Shown: one piece after another, positions 13,911 to 27,240 of the stretch | How positions within the stretch are numbered: the stretch's first letter is position 1 | Layout: each line of letters opens with the position of its first letter | Source: Ylistrum balloti | Lineage: Eukaryota | Direction of reading: 5' to 3' | Assembly (NCBI RefSeq): GCF_031769215.1 | Contig: NW_026781965.1 | Location: forward strand, 2,356,001-2,420,000 | DNA: 64,000 nt | Position numbers and translations under genes: made by a program | The notes under the pieces: generated by a model | The model's database searches: none | What the model was told of the DNA's origin: nothing | The model's input: only the letters and a program-made list of their open reading frames with translations

Positions 13911-15835
13911 AGTGAGGAGACTGTAGGTGTACTATCTCATCAGTAAATAGACTGTAGGTGTACTACCTTATAAGTAAGTAGACTGTACGTGTACTACCTT
14001 ATAAGTAAGTAGACTGTACTTGTACTACCTTATAAGTAAGTAGACTGTACGTGTACTACCTTATAAGTAAGTAGACTGTACGTGTACTACCTAATAGGTA
14101 AGTAGACTGTACGTGTACTACCTTATCAGTAAGTAGACTGTACGTGTACTACCTTGTAAGTAAGTAGACTGTACGTGTACTACCTTATCAGTAAGTAGAC
14201 TATACGTGTACTACCTTATAAGTAAGTAGACTGTACGTGTGCTACCTTATCAGTAAGTAGACTGTACGTGTGCTACCTTATAAGTAAGTAGACTGTACGT
14301 GTGCTACCTTATAAGTAAGTAGACTGTACGTGTACTACCTTATCAGTAAGTAGACTGTACGTGTACTACCTTATCAGTAAGTAGACTGTACGTGTACTAC
14401 CTTATAAGTAAGTAGACTGTACGTGTACTACCTAATAGGTAAGTAGACTGTACGTGTACTACCTTATCAGTAAGTAGACTGTACGTGTACTACCTTGTAA
14501 GTAAGTAGACTGTACGTGTACTACCTTATCAGTAAGTAGACTATACGTGTACTACCTTATAAGTAAGTAGACACTGTACGTGTGCTACCTTATCAGTAAG
14601 TAGACTGTACGTGTGCTACCTTATAAGTAAGTAGACTGTACGTGTGCTACCTTATAAGTAAGTAGACTGTACGTGTACTACCTTATCAGTAAGTAGACTG
14701 TACGTGTACTACCTTATCAGTAAGTAGAAGCTTATAAGTAAGTAGACTGTACGTGTACTACCTTATCAGTAAGTAGACTGTACGTGTACTACCTAATAGG
14801 TAAGTAGACTGTACGTGTACTACCTTATCAGTAAGTAGACTGTACGTGTACTACCTTATCAGTAAGTAGACTGTACGTGTGCTACCTTATAAGTAAGTAG
14901 ACTGTACGTGTACTACCTTATAAGTAAGTAGACTGTACGTGTACCACCTTATAAGTACGTAGACTGTACGTGTACTACCTTATCAGAAAGCAAACGGTAC
15001 GTGTACTACCTTATCAGTAAGTAGACTGTACGTGTACTACCTTATTAGTAAGCAGACTGTACGTGTACTACCTTATAAGTAAGTAGACTGTACGTGTACT
15101 ACCTTATCAGTAAGTAGACTGTACGTGTACTACCTAATAGGTAAGTAGACTGTACGTGTACTACCTTATCAGTAAGTAGACTGTACGTGTACTACCTTAT
15201 AAGTAAGTAGACTGTACGTGTACTACCTTATCAGTAAGTAGACTGTACGTGTGCTACCTTATAAGTAAGTAGACTGTACGTGTACTACCTAATAGGTAAG
15301 TAGACTGTACGTGTACTACCTTATCAGTAAGTAGACTGTACGTGTACTACCTTATACGTAAGTAGACTGTACGTGTACTACCTTATCAGTAAGTAGACTG
15401 TACGTGTACTACCTTATAAGTAAGTAGACTGTACGTGTACTACCTTATCAGTAAGTAGACTGTACGTGTACTACCTAATAGGTAAGTAGACTGTACGTGT
15501 ACTACCTTATAAGTAAGTAGACTGTACGTGTACTACCTTATAAGTAAGTAGACTGTACGTGTACTACCTTATCAGTAAGTAGACGTGTGCTACCGTGTAC
15601 TACCTTATAAGTAAGCAGACTGTAGAGTAAGTAGACTGTACGTGTACTACCTTATCAGTAAGTAGACTTATAAGTAAGTAGACTGTACGTGTACTACCTT
15701 ATAAGTAAGTAGACTGTACGTGTACTATCTTATAAGTAAGCAGACTGTACGTGTACTACCTTATTAGTAAGTAGACTGTACGTGTACTACCTTATTAGTA
15801 AGTAGACTGTACGTGTGCTACCTTACTAGTTGCTA
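13911..15835. repeat. 31-bp minisatellite array
   Basis: Unit agtaagtagactgtacgtgtactaccttata. Confidence 0.97.
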
Positions 15836-16719
15836 GACGATATATCTTCATTTGTGAGTAGAATATTCGGTCGTAGATATGTCAACAGAACAATAATCAT
15901 TTAAGCTGGCGGGCGGAAATAAAAGCAATGAAAATGAGATAGAGATAATTTGATAATTTTCACATATCCGTAGACGTATTATAAAGAAGATATTATCACT
16001 AAGATATCCATTTGTTGTGATAGCTGATAGATGATATATTTAGATAAAGATTAGTTAACTTACATAATGATTTCTTCCATTGTTGACTTTTGTAAATTAA
16101 ATTAATTTTAAGGATCTACAAGAACGAGAAAACTTTGGATAAATGATCTTTATTCGACACACATAAGAAATAATAGGTACACCATCGATAGAATTAATAT
16201 TGAGACATACATCCTCAGACTTACAGGCTAACCTGGTAACAAAGTATCACAATTTGGACGGAAACACAACATAATAGATATATGATCAATGACGGGTTGG
16301 AAATATAAGTTTAAACGAATCATCTAAACGGAGTCAAATATGTGTACAAGCTTGATCAGATGAAAGTTTACATCAGCAGGTTATGTGCTTAAAAAGGCAC
16401 ATTTTCTTTGCCGATATGATGTTGATAATTTGTAATGATAAATTCTCCTATTAATTTAGTCAATGCTTATTTGACAAAACCCAGCACATATTTTCGCTGC
16501 AAAATAAATAAAAAATAAAAATGCTGACTACAGCCTTATGTTGCTGCTTGTCAAACTTGGTGATAGGCAGTGGGTACAGACAAAAATATGTATACGTACA
16601 CCTTTCTTAATGAAAACTTCTTTTCGGCATTTGCAAGTATCTCCTACAGTCCTGTCTCGGTTGCTTAATACTCTGTCACACACTAAGGTGTACAGCAGAG
16701 GTAAGATCAAACTTATATT

Positions 16720-16990
16720 TTATTTTTTCATTTTACTGTCATAGGTTCCTGCCTCTTTGTAAGCTCCGACGTATCCTGAGTTATCTACAACATCCACGCG
16801 GCCGGCTGCACCTTTGCCCTTTCCTTCCGCGTCGAACCTTTCCTTATGTGATCCAGTATATTTGCTGGCGTCTGTCATGCCTTTTACATTTCCAGTTGCG
16901 GACTGTTTCTGTGGGTGAAAATCAAAACAATTTCTTTTTACTTGAAAAATTTTGAAAATAGTTCTTCTGCCAGCTGACATAACTCCTCCC

Positions 16991-17070
<80 letters not shown>

Positions 17071-20000
17071 AAGTAAATAGCAATTAGGAAAATGTGAAAT
17101 CTAATGTGGGAACAAAAGTTACCCGAATACGATAAAACGAGTGCTAAATATTATAACAATTATTACAAAAATTGTGTATTTGTGTTGTATATGTATTTCT
17201 GTTTCTTTTGAAATACATCATGGTTTTTCAATAAACCATCAGAGAGATAAGTGACGAAATAATGTTACTCGCTATGTGAGTTTGGAGGATATAGAAATTT
17301 ACCGTCTCAGTTCCCTTCAAATTTCTACATTCTCGCTTAAAAATTATCTATACCTCTATATGTACAGCGTTACAAATGACGGGTCGTATTTAGGACTTAC
17401 CGTGGTCCCAGTCATTTTCACATCTTTTAGATTTTTCAGCAATTCTTGTTTCCATGTGCTTCCCTCTGGTGGTTTCTTCCCTTTTTTCTTGGCTTCTAAC
17501 TTTTCACAGGCTACATCAAGAAATCGCTCCGAATGTGTATTGTCTATAGTCATAAATCTGAATGTATGATAAAGATCAAAATGTCTTAAAGTTCAAGGTC
17601 ACAATATTCCAAAATAGTAAAAATAATAAGCACATGAAATCTGTTGAATTATGGGTAACGTGAATTACTTCATCCAGATTATGACATCAATCTTTTTTTA
17701 TTTGCCACAGTCGTACCTTATGTTTCAAAACTAAGCCCTAAGCATTAATAATGAGTCCTACATGGACGAAACAGCTGTATGTTGCAGTTTAATTCAATAG
17801 GTGGCAATAATGTATATAATTCTTAATACGCATTGAAAAGTATTATTCACTTGTAGGTCTTTCTTGAATTAGAATTTCCGTTCACCTGAACAGACGCCTA
17901 AATAAATGATTAACGTCACTTTAAGATACGTATCCTGGAGGAGTGATCTGCCCTTTAAACAAGGTACAGCGTCCAATCTTCAGCATGTATAATATTACAT
18001 TCGTGCGACTTGTGTGTTAATCACCAATAACGCTCTCACAAATATAACAACTGACAAGTAGTGAAATTATTTCAACAATTATAATAAATCTTCAATCACC
18101 TCTAAGTGTTGTAAAAAAGTAAGTATATATATCTACATACTAAGAGAATAGAGGGACACGTTCACTGGCACGTGCAGATATGGTATATATCTCTTTCACC
18201 ACTTTGGTTAGCTAGTTATGCCGATATCGCCTTGGGCTAAATACAGAAAATGTGTATCCACTTTGTATTGCTTCTGATTTGACATATAGAATGATGTGCA
18301 TGTTGTGAATGTTAAGATTTCTTTTAAATAGATAACATAAATTTTGTATACAAAACGCTTGGTAATAAAATTGATAGGAAAAAATAATGTAACGTCAACT
18401 GATGGCGTGTGCCACCCGAGATTACCAAAGGAATTAAAACTAATCATTACGACGGAAAATCTACCTTTCCCAAAATAAGATGAGTATTATATTTCGCTCT
18501 CACCCTTTTGGGGTGAAATATGATCAAAGCTAAAGGAATGTATTCATAGGCTATTACTATTCAAATGGCAATCAACCCTTAATTCCCTTTTCCCAGTTTA
18601 ACTGACCATGTGAGTTGAGACAACTTTATTTCTATTTCAGTGATGATTCATAATATAGAAGTAGAAATGTTTGTTACGGACTACTTCATTAACCCGTATC
18701 CGCCAAACGTTCCCACCACATGGACATGATAAAATATTTTTAAAACTTACGGTTTTCCCTTGTCTTTACACACAGGAAAAATGGAACTATCCATTTCCGT
18801 TTTCAATTCGCACCATAGTGGGTTATCTTTTGTTATTTTCCCACAAGCTTGAGAAGTCATGTTGTCCTTGTGACCCAGTTTAGCATATTTCGTCAACTTG
18901 TCACACAATTCAGCGAGCTCGTCTTTGTTAAGTTTGGAACTAGTCGCTGAAACAAAAGTATGCATATACACCATCACTGAAGTATTAAGTCAAACATGTA
19001 CAACGCATAGATTTTATAACATGGAAATATTAATGAATTAACAAAATTACAACACTAAGGTTGAAAATAAATATCTAATATTTTTGATTAATGAAAAAAA
19101 TTATATATTTATTTATAGATAGAAAATTGTTAAATAACTAGGCCTAGTGCACTGCTTTCCGGAACTTTATACACGTCATACTATTCTACTTCTTACTATC
19201 ATTTCAACGTTTCCGATTATAATGTTGTTAAAGTGCAAATTTTCAAAATGAAGAAGAAGGTTTCTGGATTACACACGTCGATCGACAAGTTTTTCAAACA
19301 AAATAAAGTCTTTTATTTAGTCAGGGGTTGAAGTTTATTGTTAAATAATTATAAAAAGACTGTCTGAGAAAACGATTCAAAACATCTTTGAAATCATGAA
19401 ATTCTTTTTCCGTCCGGGGGCTTTGCCCCCTTCATCTCCCCACCAGGGCCCTGCACTCGACCCGCTGGGGGCCTAGGCGGCCAAAGACCCCTCGTCTGGG
19501 ATCACACACTTTTGCTGGGCTAGCTACGCCCCTGGCAGTATCACACAGGTAAATTGACTTAATATCCAAATGTAATACTAAAATAATAAGTAAGTCTGTG
19601 ATACACCTGGACGTGTATAGGTAAGTCTGTGATACACCTGGACGTGTATAGGTAAGTCTGTGATACACCTGGACGTGTATAGGTAAGTCTGTGATACACC
19701 TGGACGTGTATAGGTAAGTCTGTGATACACCTGGACGTGTATAGGTAAGTCTGTGATACACCTGGGCTTACATAAATCAGTCCGTGATACACCTGGACGT
19801 GTGTAAGTAAGTATATAAGTACACCTGGACTTATGTAAGTAAGCATGTGTTACACCTGGACGCCTATAAGTAAATCTGTGATACACCTAGATGTATGTCG
19901 GTAAAAAACATAATGACATCAAATCAAGAACAATACCTACAGTATTTAATGGTAAAAAACACTAACCAGCTAGAGTGTGGCAGCGCCTTTACATACGATA

Positions 20001-21163
20001 CCATATATCACATTTGATGTGAACGGGGATGTATGGACGGACCATTGGCAAAAAGAGAAAGTTAACGCTGCAAGCATTATAATTAGAATAATAAGTCAAA
20101 GAAAGACTTAAACACACCGTTAAATTATCTACCAGCCAGGTCGGACATGGCCAATGTTTATTCACTAAGACTCTTAAGTACTCGCGTACGGCCTAGCTTG
20201 GTGTATGATTACAGGTAATCCCTCTGTTGAATGGGTTTGAATACACGTAAACATTGCTTAAAAGCAAATCTTAAAAGCGTAGTGGAATGCGACAGGAAAA
20301 CCAGCTTCAATACCATACCGAACACTGAATTTTAACTAAGGTCGTTACTACTCTCTTCTGGCTTCGTTAGCATATGAAAAGTAGGTTCGGCGAGTTTTAA
20401 TTAAATGAACGGTAGACTGGTCAACGATGGCGAGTTCCCCTGGTGAAAAAGTAGTTCTATCAATACAAATAACTCATTGTTGTGTTATCGTAAACAAGGT
20501 ATACGGTTAGCAAAACCACACGATGTATTATATAGGTGCATGTATCATTGAATACGTATCTGTACCTACATAGAATTGTATCAGTCAGAGAGTAACATCA
20601 AGTTAAGTAAGTACTAGATGTGTAATCGGATGTAGATTTGTAATACATTCGTAATTCGGATCTTATAACATTAACGTTAGGTGCAGAGGCTCGCCACTAA
20701 TGTCTTTCTATACCCTCGCCAAAATACAAGTTATCTTTTAAGATACTGACCAAGTATTCTCTATATAAGGGTTGTTGGCACTGGTAACTGATTAATATCG
20801 ACCAGTTAGGCACACAGAAGGCATTATAGCTAGATATCATGTCAGTCAAATACATACTCACCCATTTCTTATTCCAGCGTACCCTAGCGTGTTTCAGCGT
20901 ATGTCAGCGTATGTCCAAAAAGTCCATACGTTCCTCATACGCTGGCTCTATACGCTAGAGTGTGACAGAGCCTTTAATAAAAGCTGTGATGGTGCACACT
21001 ACCGTAAACTCAATTACCAGATGTCGTGTGAGAGTGTAAAATGCAGTTAGTGAAATATTTACTCACCCATTTTTAGCTGTGGTGGTGCACACTGCCGTTA
21101 ACTCAATTACCAGATGTCGTGTGAGAGTGTAAAATGCAGTTAGTGAAATATTTACTCACCCAT
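16720..21163 (-). CDS. TPPP: TPPP/p25-alpha family protein, paralog A (about 181 aa; exons ATG-G at 21163-21160 [inferred], 18946-18751, 17557-17401, 16908-16720)
   Basis: C-terminus [51 protein letters not shown] is canonical p25-alpha. GT-AG junctions, 546 nt in frame. The start exon is inferred from ATGG|gtgagt complementing the phase-1 acceptor (M-A-T-S-S-K-L). Confidence 0.9.
16994..17066. repeat. (CT)n microsatellite
   Basis: Direct reading. Confidence 0.98.
19395..19534 (-). mobile_element. GC-rich non-autonomous DNA element fragment with a CAGGGGCGTAGC end
   Basis: GC island in AT-rich DNA ending gctacgcccctg; resembles common bivalve interspersed repeats (recognition only); partner end not found. 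Confidence 0.5.
19585..19890. repeat. 31-bp minisatellite array (different unit from the 13.9-kb array)
   Basis: Unit taagtctgtgatacacctggacgtgtatagg. Confidence 0.95.
20870..20973. mobile_element. PIF/Harbinger-like MITE end fragment
   Basis: Ends gtgtgacagagcct followed by TTA; subterminal agcgta/tacgct repeats; other end not seen. Confidence 0.45.
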
Positions 21164-21230
21164 TTTTAGCTGTGGTGGTGCACACTGCCGTTAACTCAGT
21201 TGACAGAAATGTGTCGTGTGACAGTGTAAA
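20978..21230. repeat. 93-bp tandem duplication containing the putative TPPP-A start codon and splice donor
   Basis: actcacccatttttagctgt at 21061 and 21154. Confidence 0.9.
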
Positions 21231-21583
21231 ATGCCGTTTCCAACGTAAACAGGTCCGGGTTGTATCCGTTGCCGACTGAAATCTGTGTATGACAGGAGCT
21301 GTATATTCAGCTGATATTAAAACCCGGCCAGTTTATTGATTGCAAGCACACTCAAACTGGATCGTCTAGTAAGTATTGCCAGGACCTTTAACTTAAGGTG
21401 GACATCACCATTAGCCAGGCGCTCAGGACAATCCCGAATTACGGCACCCAGGGTTAAAACACCCTAGTATAGCTTATATACATGTATAACAAACCGTTCG
21501 ATTTGATAGGAATATCCGTAATTAACTGTTATCACAAACATAATTTCAGCAGTACAGTTAGAATTACGGCAAAGCTGAATGAT

Positions 21584-21647
21584 GGTCTGTTACAATATAT
21601 CTAAACCCTAATTTGTTACATAGGGTTTAGATATATTGTAACAGACC
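21584..21647. repeat. Perfect 27-bp inverted repeat with 10-nt loop
   Basis: ggtctgttacaatatatctaaacccta / tagggtttagatatattgtaacagacc. Confidence 0.95.
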
Positions 21648-22076
21648 GAACAATGGCAAAAACAAATATAACAGCTTCTCAATACATAATCTGCTTTCTT
21701 TTACAGTAACCTTGGCTACCAATAAAAGTTCTTAGAATACGGCATCCGTAACAAGAGCATTGACAAGCTACACTTACATGTTATTGGTTTAGAATATCAA
21801 TAATTATTAACAACACAACACAACGACGTCTGAAACTTTTCCCTTTTTCGATGTCACCTACTTTTCATTTCAAACATGTATTGGCATGCACCGTGCAGAT
21901 AGAGGGGTACAATCTAATTAAATTCGTGTATTTTCTTCCGAAATTTCCGGAGCGCCATACGTCAAAGGCAACATTAGGTTATCAAAGTGTTCTAAAGTCG
22001 AGGATATAATGCGAGTAATATCAGGTCATGTACACGGTATTGATGCTCGCGAGCTGATTACCTGATTTTTTTTTTT

Positions 22077-22107
<31 letters not shown>

Positions 22108-22850
22108 GGGAGGAGGGGGGAGTGGATGTTCGCAAGCCGAGGCCGTAATGCGACCTGCGAGTCATGAGTGACACTACAAAGACTTTATTTGTTGGTGGAA
22201 TATCATTGGATCATGACTAGAAAGCTGTTCGAATGCTACTCCTATGTCTTAGAGTCATATTCACAACAAAGGGCAAAGGTAATTTCTTAAATCTATATGA
22301 ATAGATGCCTGAACTGCGTCCGTCGTGACAGAACATGTGCTGCCTTCCACTTCCATATTCCTTTCGGGTCGTAAACTCAAATGTTCATATCAAATACACC
22401 TTAACACTACTACCCATTCCCACATGCAGCGGTATGTGGTATAAAGTCATTTAATTTGTATATAAAAGTATGACTTATCAATGTCGTATGAAGTCGCAGT
22501 ATAATGCCATTAAACCATGGGTGTGTCATACCCGAATGTAACGGTGTGTCATCCGGAACAGGTAAGCTGTCCGTATCTATATGTACTACGATCAATTTTA
22601 TTTCAACTCAATTTAATTTTATTCCGTATACAACAAATAACACGGCCACAATTCAAAAAACGCTATCACTTACATCGTTGGTGCCGAACACCAAAGAGGT
22701 GTTCTTCGCAGAATACGGATCCTTTATTTGTTACCATGTAGAATACCACACAACGCATTCATTCTGATATTTCGCATAGTTTACGTAGGATTCAAGTCCA
22801 CGTCAACACAAAAAAAACTTCATTACTTTAACCCTTGTATAGAAATATAT

Positions 22851-23020
22851 GGTCGGGTGGCGCAGTGGTAACGTAGTGGTAACGTAGTGGTAACGCACTC
22901 GCCTTTCACCTAGCCGACCGGGGTTCGATTCCGGGAACGGACGTGAAAAGGTAAGGGGTCACCTGCCCGACCACGTGGGTTTTCCCCGGGTACTCCGGTT
23001 TCCTCCCACAACAAGACCCT
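22851..23020 (+). mobile_element. tRNA-derived SINE with V-type central domain
   Basis: A box tggcgcagtgg, B box ggttcgattcc, then gtgggttttccccgggtactccggtttcctcccaca, the conserved V-SINE-like core. Confidence 0.85.
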
Positions 23021-23739
23021 CCTTAGAATTATTTTGTTTTGTTCACATCCTAAAGTCCCAGACCTCAAAGTCATAGTTCAAAATGCATGATGTGTAAAAT
23101 ATTTTACCTTTTGCCTTGTGTAATTGTGTGGCATGGATAAATTCACCCCTATAAAATAAACTAAACTTGAGTAACAAAATGATTTACCAACTTGATAAAC
23201 TCTCCACAAAATTTCCACTGCTCGTTTGATAAGTATCGCTTACGTTTTTCTAACAACCAATATTTTCGTCTTACCCACATCCCATAGTCAAACCTCAGTG
23301 CTCTGTATTCCTCTTTCAAAAGCCTAGCATGATTTGAAGGTCAACAATGACGTCAGCTCAAATAAAACACAATAGCGCTTATATTACATGATTAAAAATG
23401 TAGACTTTGATAATAAAATCCAGTTAATTTTAATCGTTGGTAAAATTCCCCTTGTAATTATCCAAGCTGTAAGCCATACATTGGAAACATTTCACCGTGG
23501 ATGGAACGTTACAAAAGATCAAACGCTTTCATATATGTAGCTGACGTTAACCAACAAACGTCCTCTTAGAAGACATTTCCTGGTAAAACAATAAAATTAT
23601 AGTCAACATGTACAAAGAGATGCCTTTTGCTGTTTAATAATGATGTAGTAATGTTATGATGGAAACTGTGTTTCTGGAACAACTACATCCTCTTTCTTAC
23701 TCTTATAAATGTAAACTTTCACTTAGAAGGTAAACAAAT

Positions 23740-23825
23740 TACAGTGAAACCTCGCTATTAAGACCACTTTGGGGACTGGACAAAAGTGGTCTTAATAGCG
23801 AGGTGGTCTGAATAGTGAGGTGGAT
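23740..23825 (+). mobile_element. pogo/Tigger-like MITE terminal fragment with internal hairpin
   Basis: TA-CAGTGAAACCTCG start; 22-bp inverted repeat 23749-23770 / 23783-23804. Confidence 0.6.
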
Positions 23826-26384
23826 CAGACTGACCGCAAAGAACCATAACTCTGCTTGAAATATATATACAATGTATGTGTGTTACTTATTAATTGTACC
23901 TATGTAACTGTTAACATTATTTTATCACCTATATTATACAAAGTATCACAACTTTTTCCTACCAATCTTTAGGAAACCAAAAAACATATGATACAGCGTT
24001 AAACAATTTCAGTAGAACAGCCATTCTTCCGATGAAATATTCATTAACGACCCGGTCTAAATGATTTATGTTCCTCATCTGTAACGTGGGGTTCCGTATT
24101 TTCAGAAGAAGGTTTTTTTTAATATCTTTACCATATACGTTAAAAGGATCTGGAGATAAAGATTCCACCTTCCAGAGTCAAAGTTTAACCTATCACTTTC
24201 ACTCTGAACAAAACTACGTTTATACCTGGTTTCTCATTTGTCGAAACAAAAATCTCTCTATTCTTCTAAAATAACTCACACGTTAAGGACCACACCAGGG
24301 TTTGTAAGGTTTCTTTACGTTTAAACCGCTGAAGACAATGAGTGGTGGTTCTAAATGTATTTATGTTGATACGGTCCTTGAACCTATCAAATGAATAATA
24401 TGTTATACTCAGTAAATCAGTCACTATGTATATTTCCTCTCCCCTGAAGTTGCCTTATCCCTAAAGGTGCTTTGTACATGGGCAATACATCATTGCGATT
24501 GTAAATTCAGGCTTGACAATCACGAGGCTTGATATACAGAAACAAAAAAAGGTGTAAAAAACATTCCTCGACAACTTTCTTATTCGTAAATTTTGTAATA
24601 TCTTAAAATCTGAAATTCATTTTTCTTAACTTTCGATGTAAGATAAATTAGTTAAGTAGACCAAACTTTGAGTAACTTTGGGTAATCTATCAACTATTTT
24701 GTCGTCTAATGACCCAAAACACATGCAGGGCATGTGCCATTTTATTAAAACGTCAACTTAATCTAGGAAGATGGGCTTGCACAATATATAAGCAGTCTAT
24801 AATATATTCATTTATGTTTGTTAAAGTTGTATGTAAATGTTAACATAAGTTTTGCTATCGGTCGTATTGTTTATATAAAACAATGTTAATTGATTATGAA
24901 ATCAGGATTTCGATATATTTTATAAAAGATATATTTCCGAAGTATTGATCTGAAGAATGAAGACTGTATATAGTAAACAATGGTAGGAGTTCAGTTAAGC
25001 ATGGCTACCCTTACACTTACTTCTGGTCGTACGTTTAATACTACTAACAATGAATTCTTTGTTTACATAGACTGTTAATCCTGTGCTTCTGGAATTTATC
25101 CAAGCTGTATTGTTCTGTTTCACAAAATTATTTTCACATGAATAAATCTCTTAACGTAGCGGTCACATTGAAAGTAAGCAAGGGCAAAGGTCAACCAGTG
25201 ACCAGGTACAAAGTTAGGAAACAACAACGGTATACATGTCGGTGTATGATATATGAATATCCTATCTCATCTGGCTTTGTCTGGTACAGTATTTAATCAT
25301 ACCAAAGAACATGACCGTTTTGAAGTATTCTAATAGAGTATAACAAATCCGTGCTAACGTGACGTAAAAGGTGTGAGAATCTTTGTAACACAAGGACGAG
25401 TAGACAAAATGTCAATGTCAGTTTACTCATGTAGTATCACTTTATATTGGTTATAAAATGTATATACCTGGTAATTCATTATGCATTTATTACGAAATTC
25501 TGCGTTGTTTGTTAAGGATTTGATTCCACAAGACTGAAGCAGTGATACAATAAGCACCATGTTACATGTTAAAAGCGTTCGTTACAAAATGCAAAAAATT
25601 AAAAACTTTATCATCTTTTTCATAGTTATGGTCATTTAGTGCCAGCATTTCTAGTTACTCGCTGGATGTTATGTGTATTTATTCTACGACCCAGTCGTTA
25701 ACATGAACACATGTGGACACATTGAATTTAAACACTTTTCTTTTCTATCTTTCTTGAGAGTACCAAATATGACATGGTTTTTTGGCGAATAAATACATTT
25801 GTGTTTCATTTTACTCTAAAGCATGCTAATTCTTCAATAAAAACCTTGTTATCTTCCCAAAGTATTAAAGTTTAAACAGTCATCCGCTGATATTCATAAA
25901 GTGTTACTGTTGTGAATACGACTTTTGTGTGACCAATACGACAAGAGTCAATTTGGATTTTGTATTTCAACATCAGACTTGCAGACACTTGTACGAATTA
26001 TTTACAGCAAAGTTTCACAGAGAACCGTCTTAACATAACAAACTTTTCTATACTTGTGTTGAATCCATAATGAATATGAATGATGGTGTATTCTGTGGTA
26101 ATGGGTAAGACTTATACATGTCCAAACATGGTTATGGTCCTTAAGGCTTTGTATTTCATGTACGTGCACAGTTAGAGAGCCTCCTAATGGCTTTATAATA
26201 TCAATTTCATATGGAATAGTGGAGAAGGTTAATGAGAATGTAATGAAAGTGGACAAAGCGACCATGAATAATAGAGATGCTATATTCACCATATCGGTTC
26301 AGCACATTGGTAGGACTATGGCAGCGCGCCAGGTCATCGATCATAATAACGTATGTACATTTATTTATACATGTGATACTGACC

Positions 26385-27240
26385 ATAATGTCAGCACGAC
26401 TGATTGTCACTGTACCACAAGGTCTGTACATTGATATACTGACCATCACAATGTCAGTCCCTATACCATACAGTCTGTACATTGATATACTGACCATCAC
26501 AATGTCAGTCCCTGTACCACAATGTCTGTACATTGATAAACTGACCATCACAATGTCAGTCCCTATACCACAATGTCTGTACATTGATAAACTGACCATC
26601 ACAATGTCAGTCCCTATACCATACAGTCTGTACATTGATATACTGACCATCACAATGTCAGTCCCTGTACCACAATGTCTGTACATTGATAAACTGACCA
26701 TCACAATGTCAGTCCCTATACCAAAATGTCTGTACATTGATAAACTGACCATCACAATGTCTGTCCCTATACCACAATGTCTGTACACTGATGTACTGAC
26801 CATCACAATGTCAGTCCCTGTACCACAAGGTCTGTACGTTGATGTACTGACCATCACAATGTCAGTACCTATACCACAATGCCTGTACATTGATGTACTG
26901 ACCATCACAATGTCAGTCCCTATACCACAATGTCTGTACATTGATGTACTGACCATCACAATGTCAGTCCCTATACCACAATGTCTGTGCATTGATATAC
27001 TGACCATCACCATGTCAGTCCCTATACCACAAGGTCTGTACATTGATATACTGACCATCACAATGTCAGTCCCTATACCACAATGTGTGTACATTGATGT
27101 ACTGACCATTACAATGTCAGTCCCTATACCACAATGTCTGTACATTGATGGACTGACCATCACAATGTCAGTCCCTATACCACAAGGTCTGTACATTGAT
27201 AAACTGACCATCACAATGTCAGTCCCTATACAACAAGGTG
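26385..27240. repeat. 51-bp minisatellite array
   Basis: Unit tgtacattgatatactgaccatcacaatgtcagtccctataccacaatgtc; explains the 335/343-aa ORFs. Confidence 0.96.

Noticed and set aside
22066-22120. Poly-T followed by poly-G tract as a G-quadruplex element
   Set aside because: Simple homopolymers typical of repeat remnants, with unreliable length
22851-22945. Possible tRNA gene
   Set aside because: Triplicated D-arm region, no clean acceptor stem, continues into a SINE core
23200-24170. Coding-looking minus-strand stretches near 23.3 kb and 24.1 kb
   Set aside because: Could not be joined into a phase-consistent model and no motif was recognised
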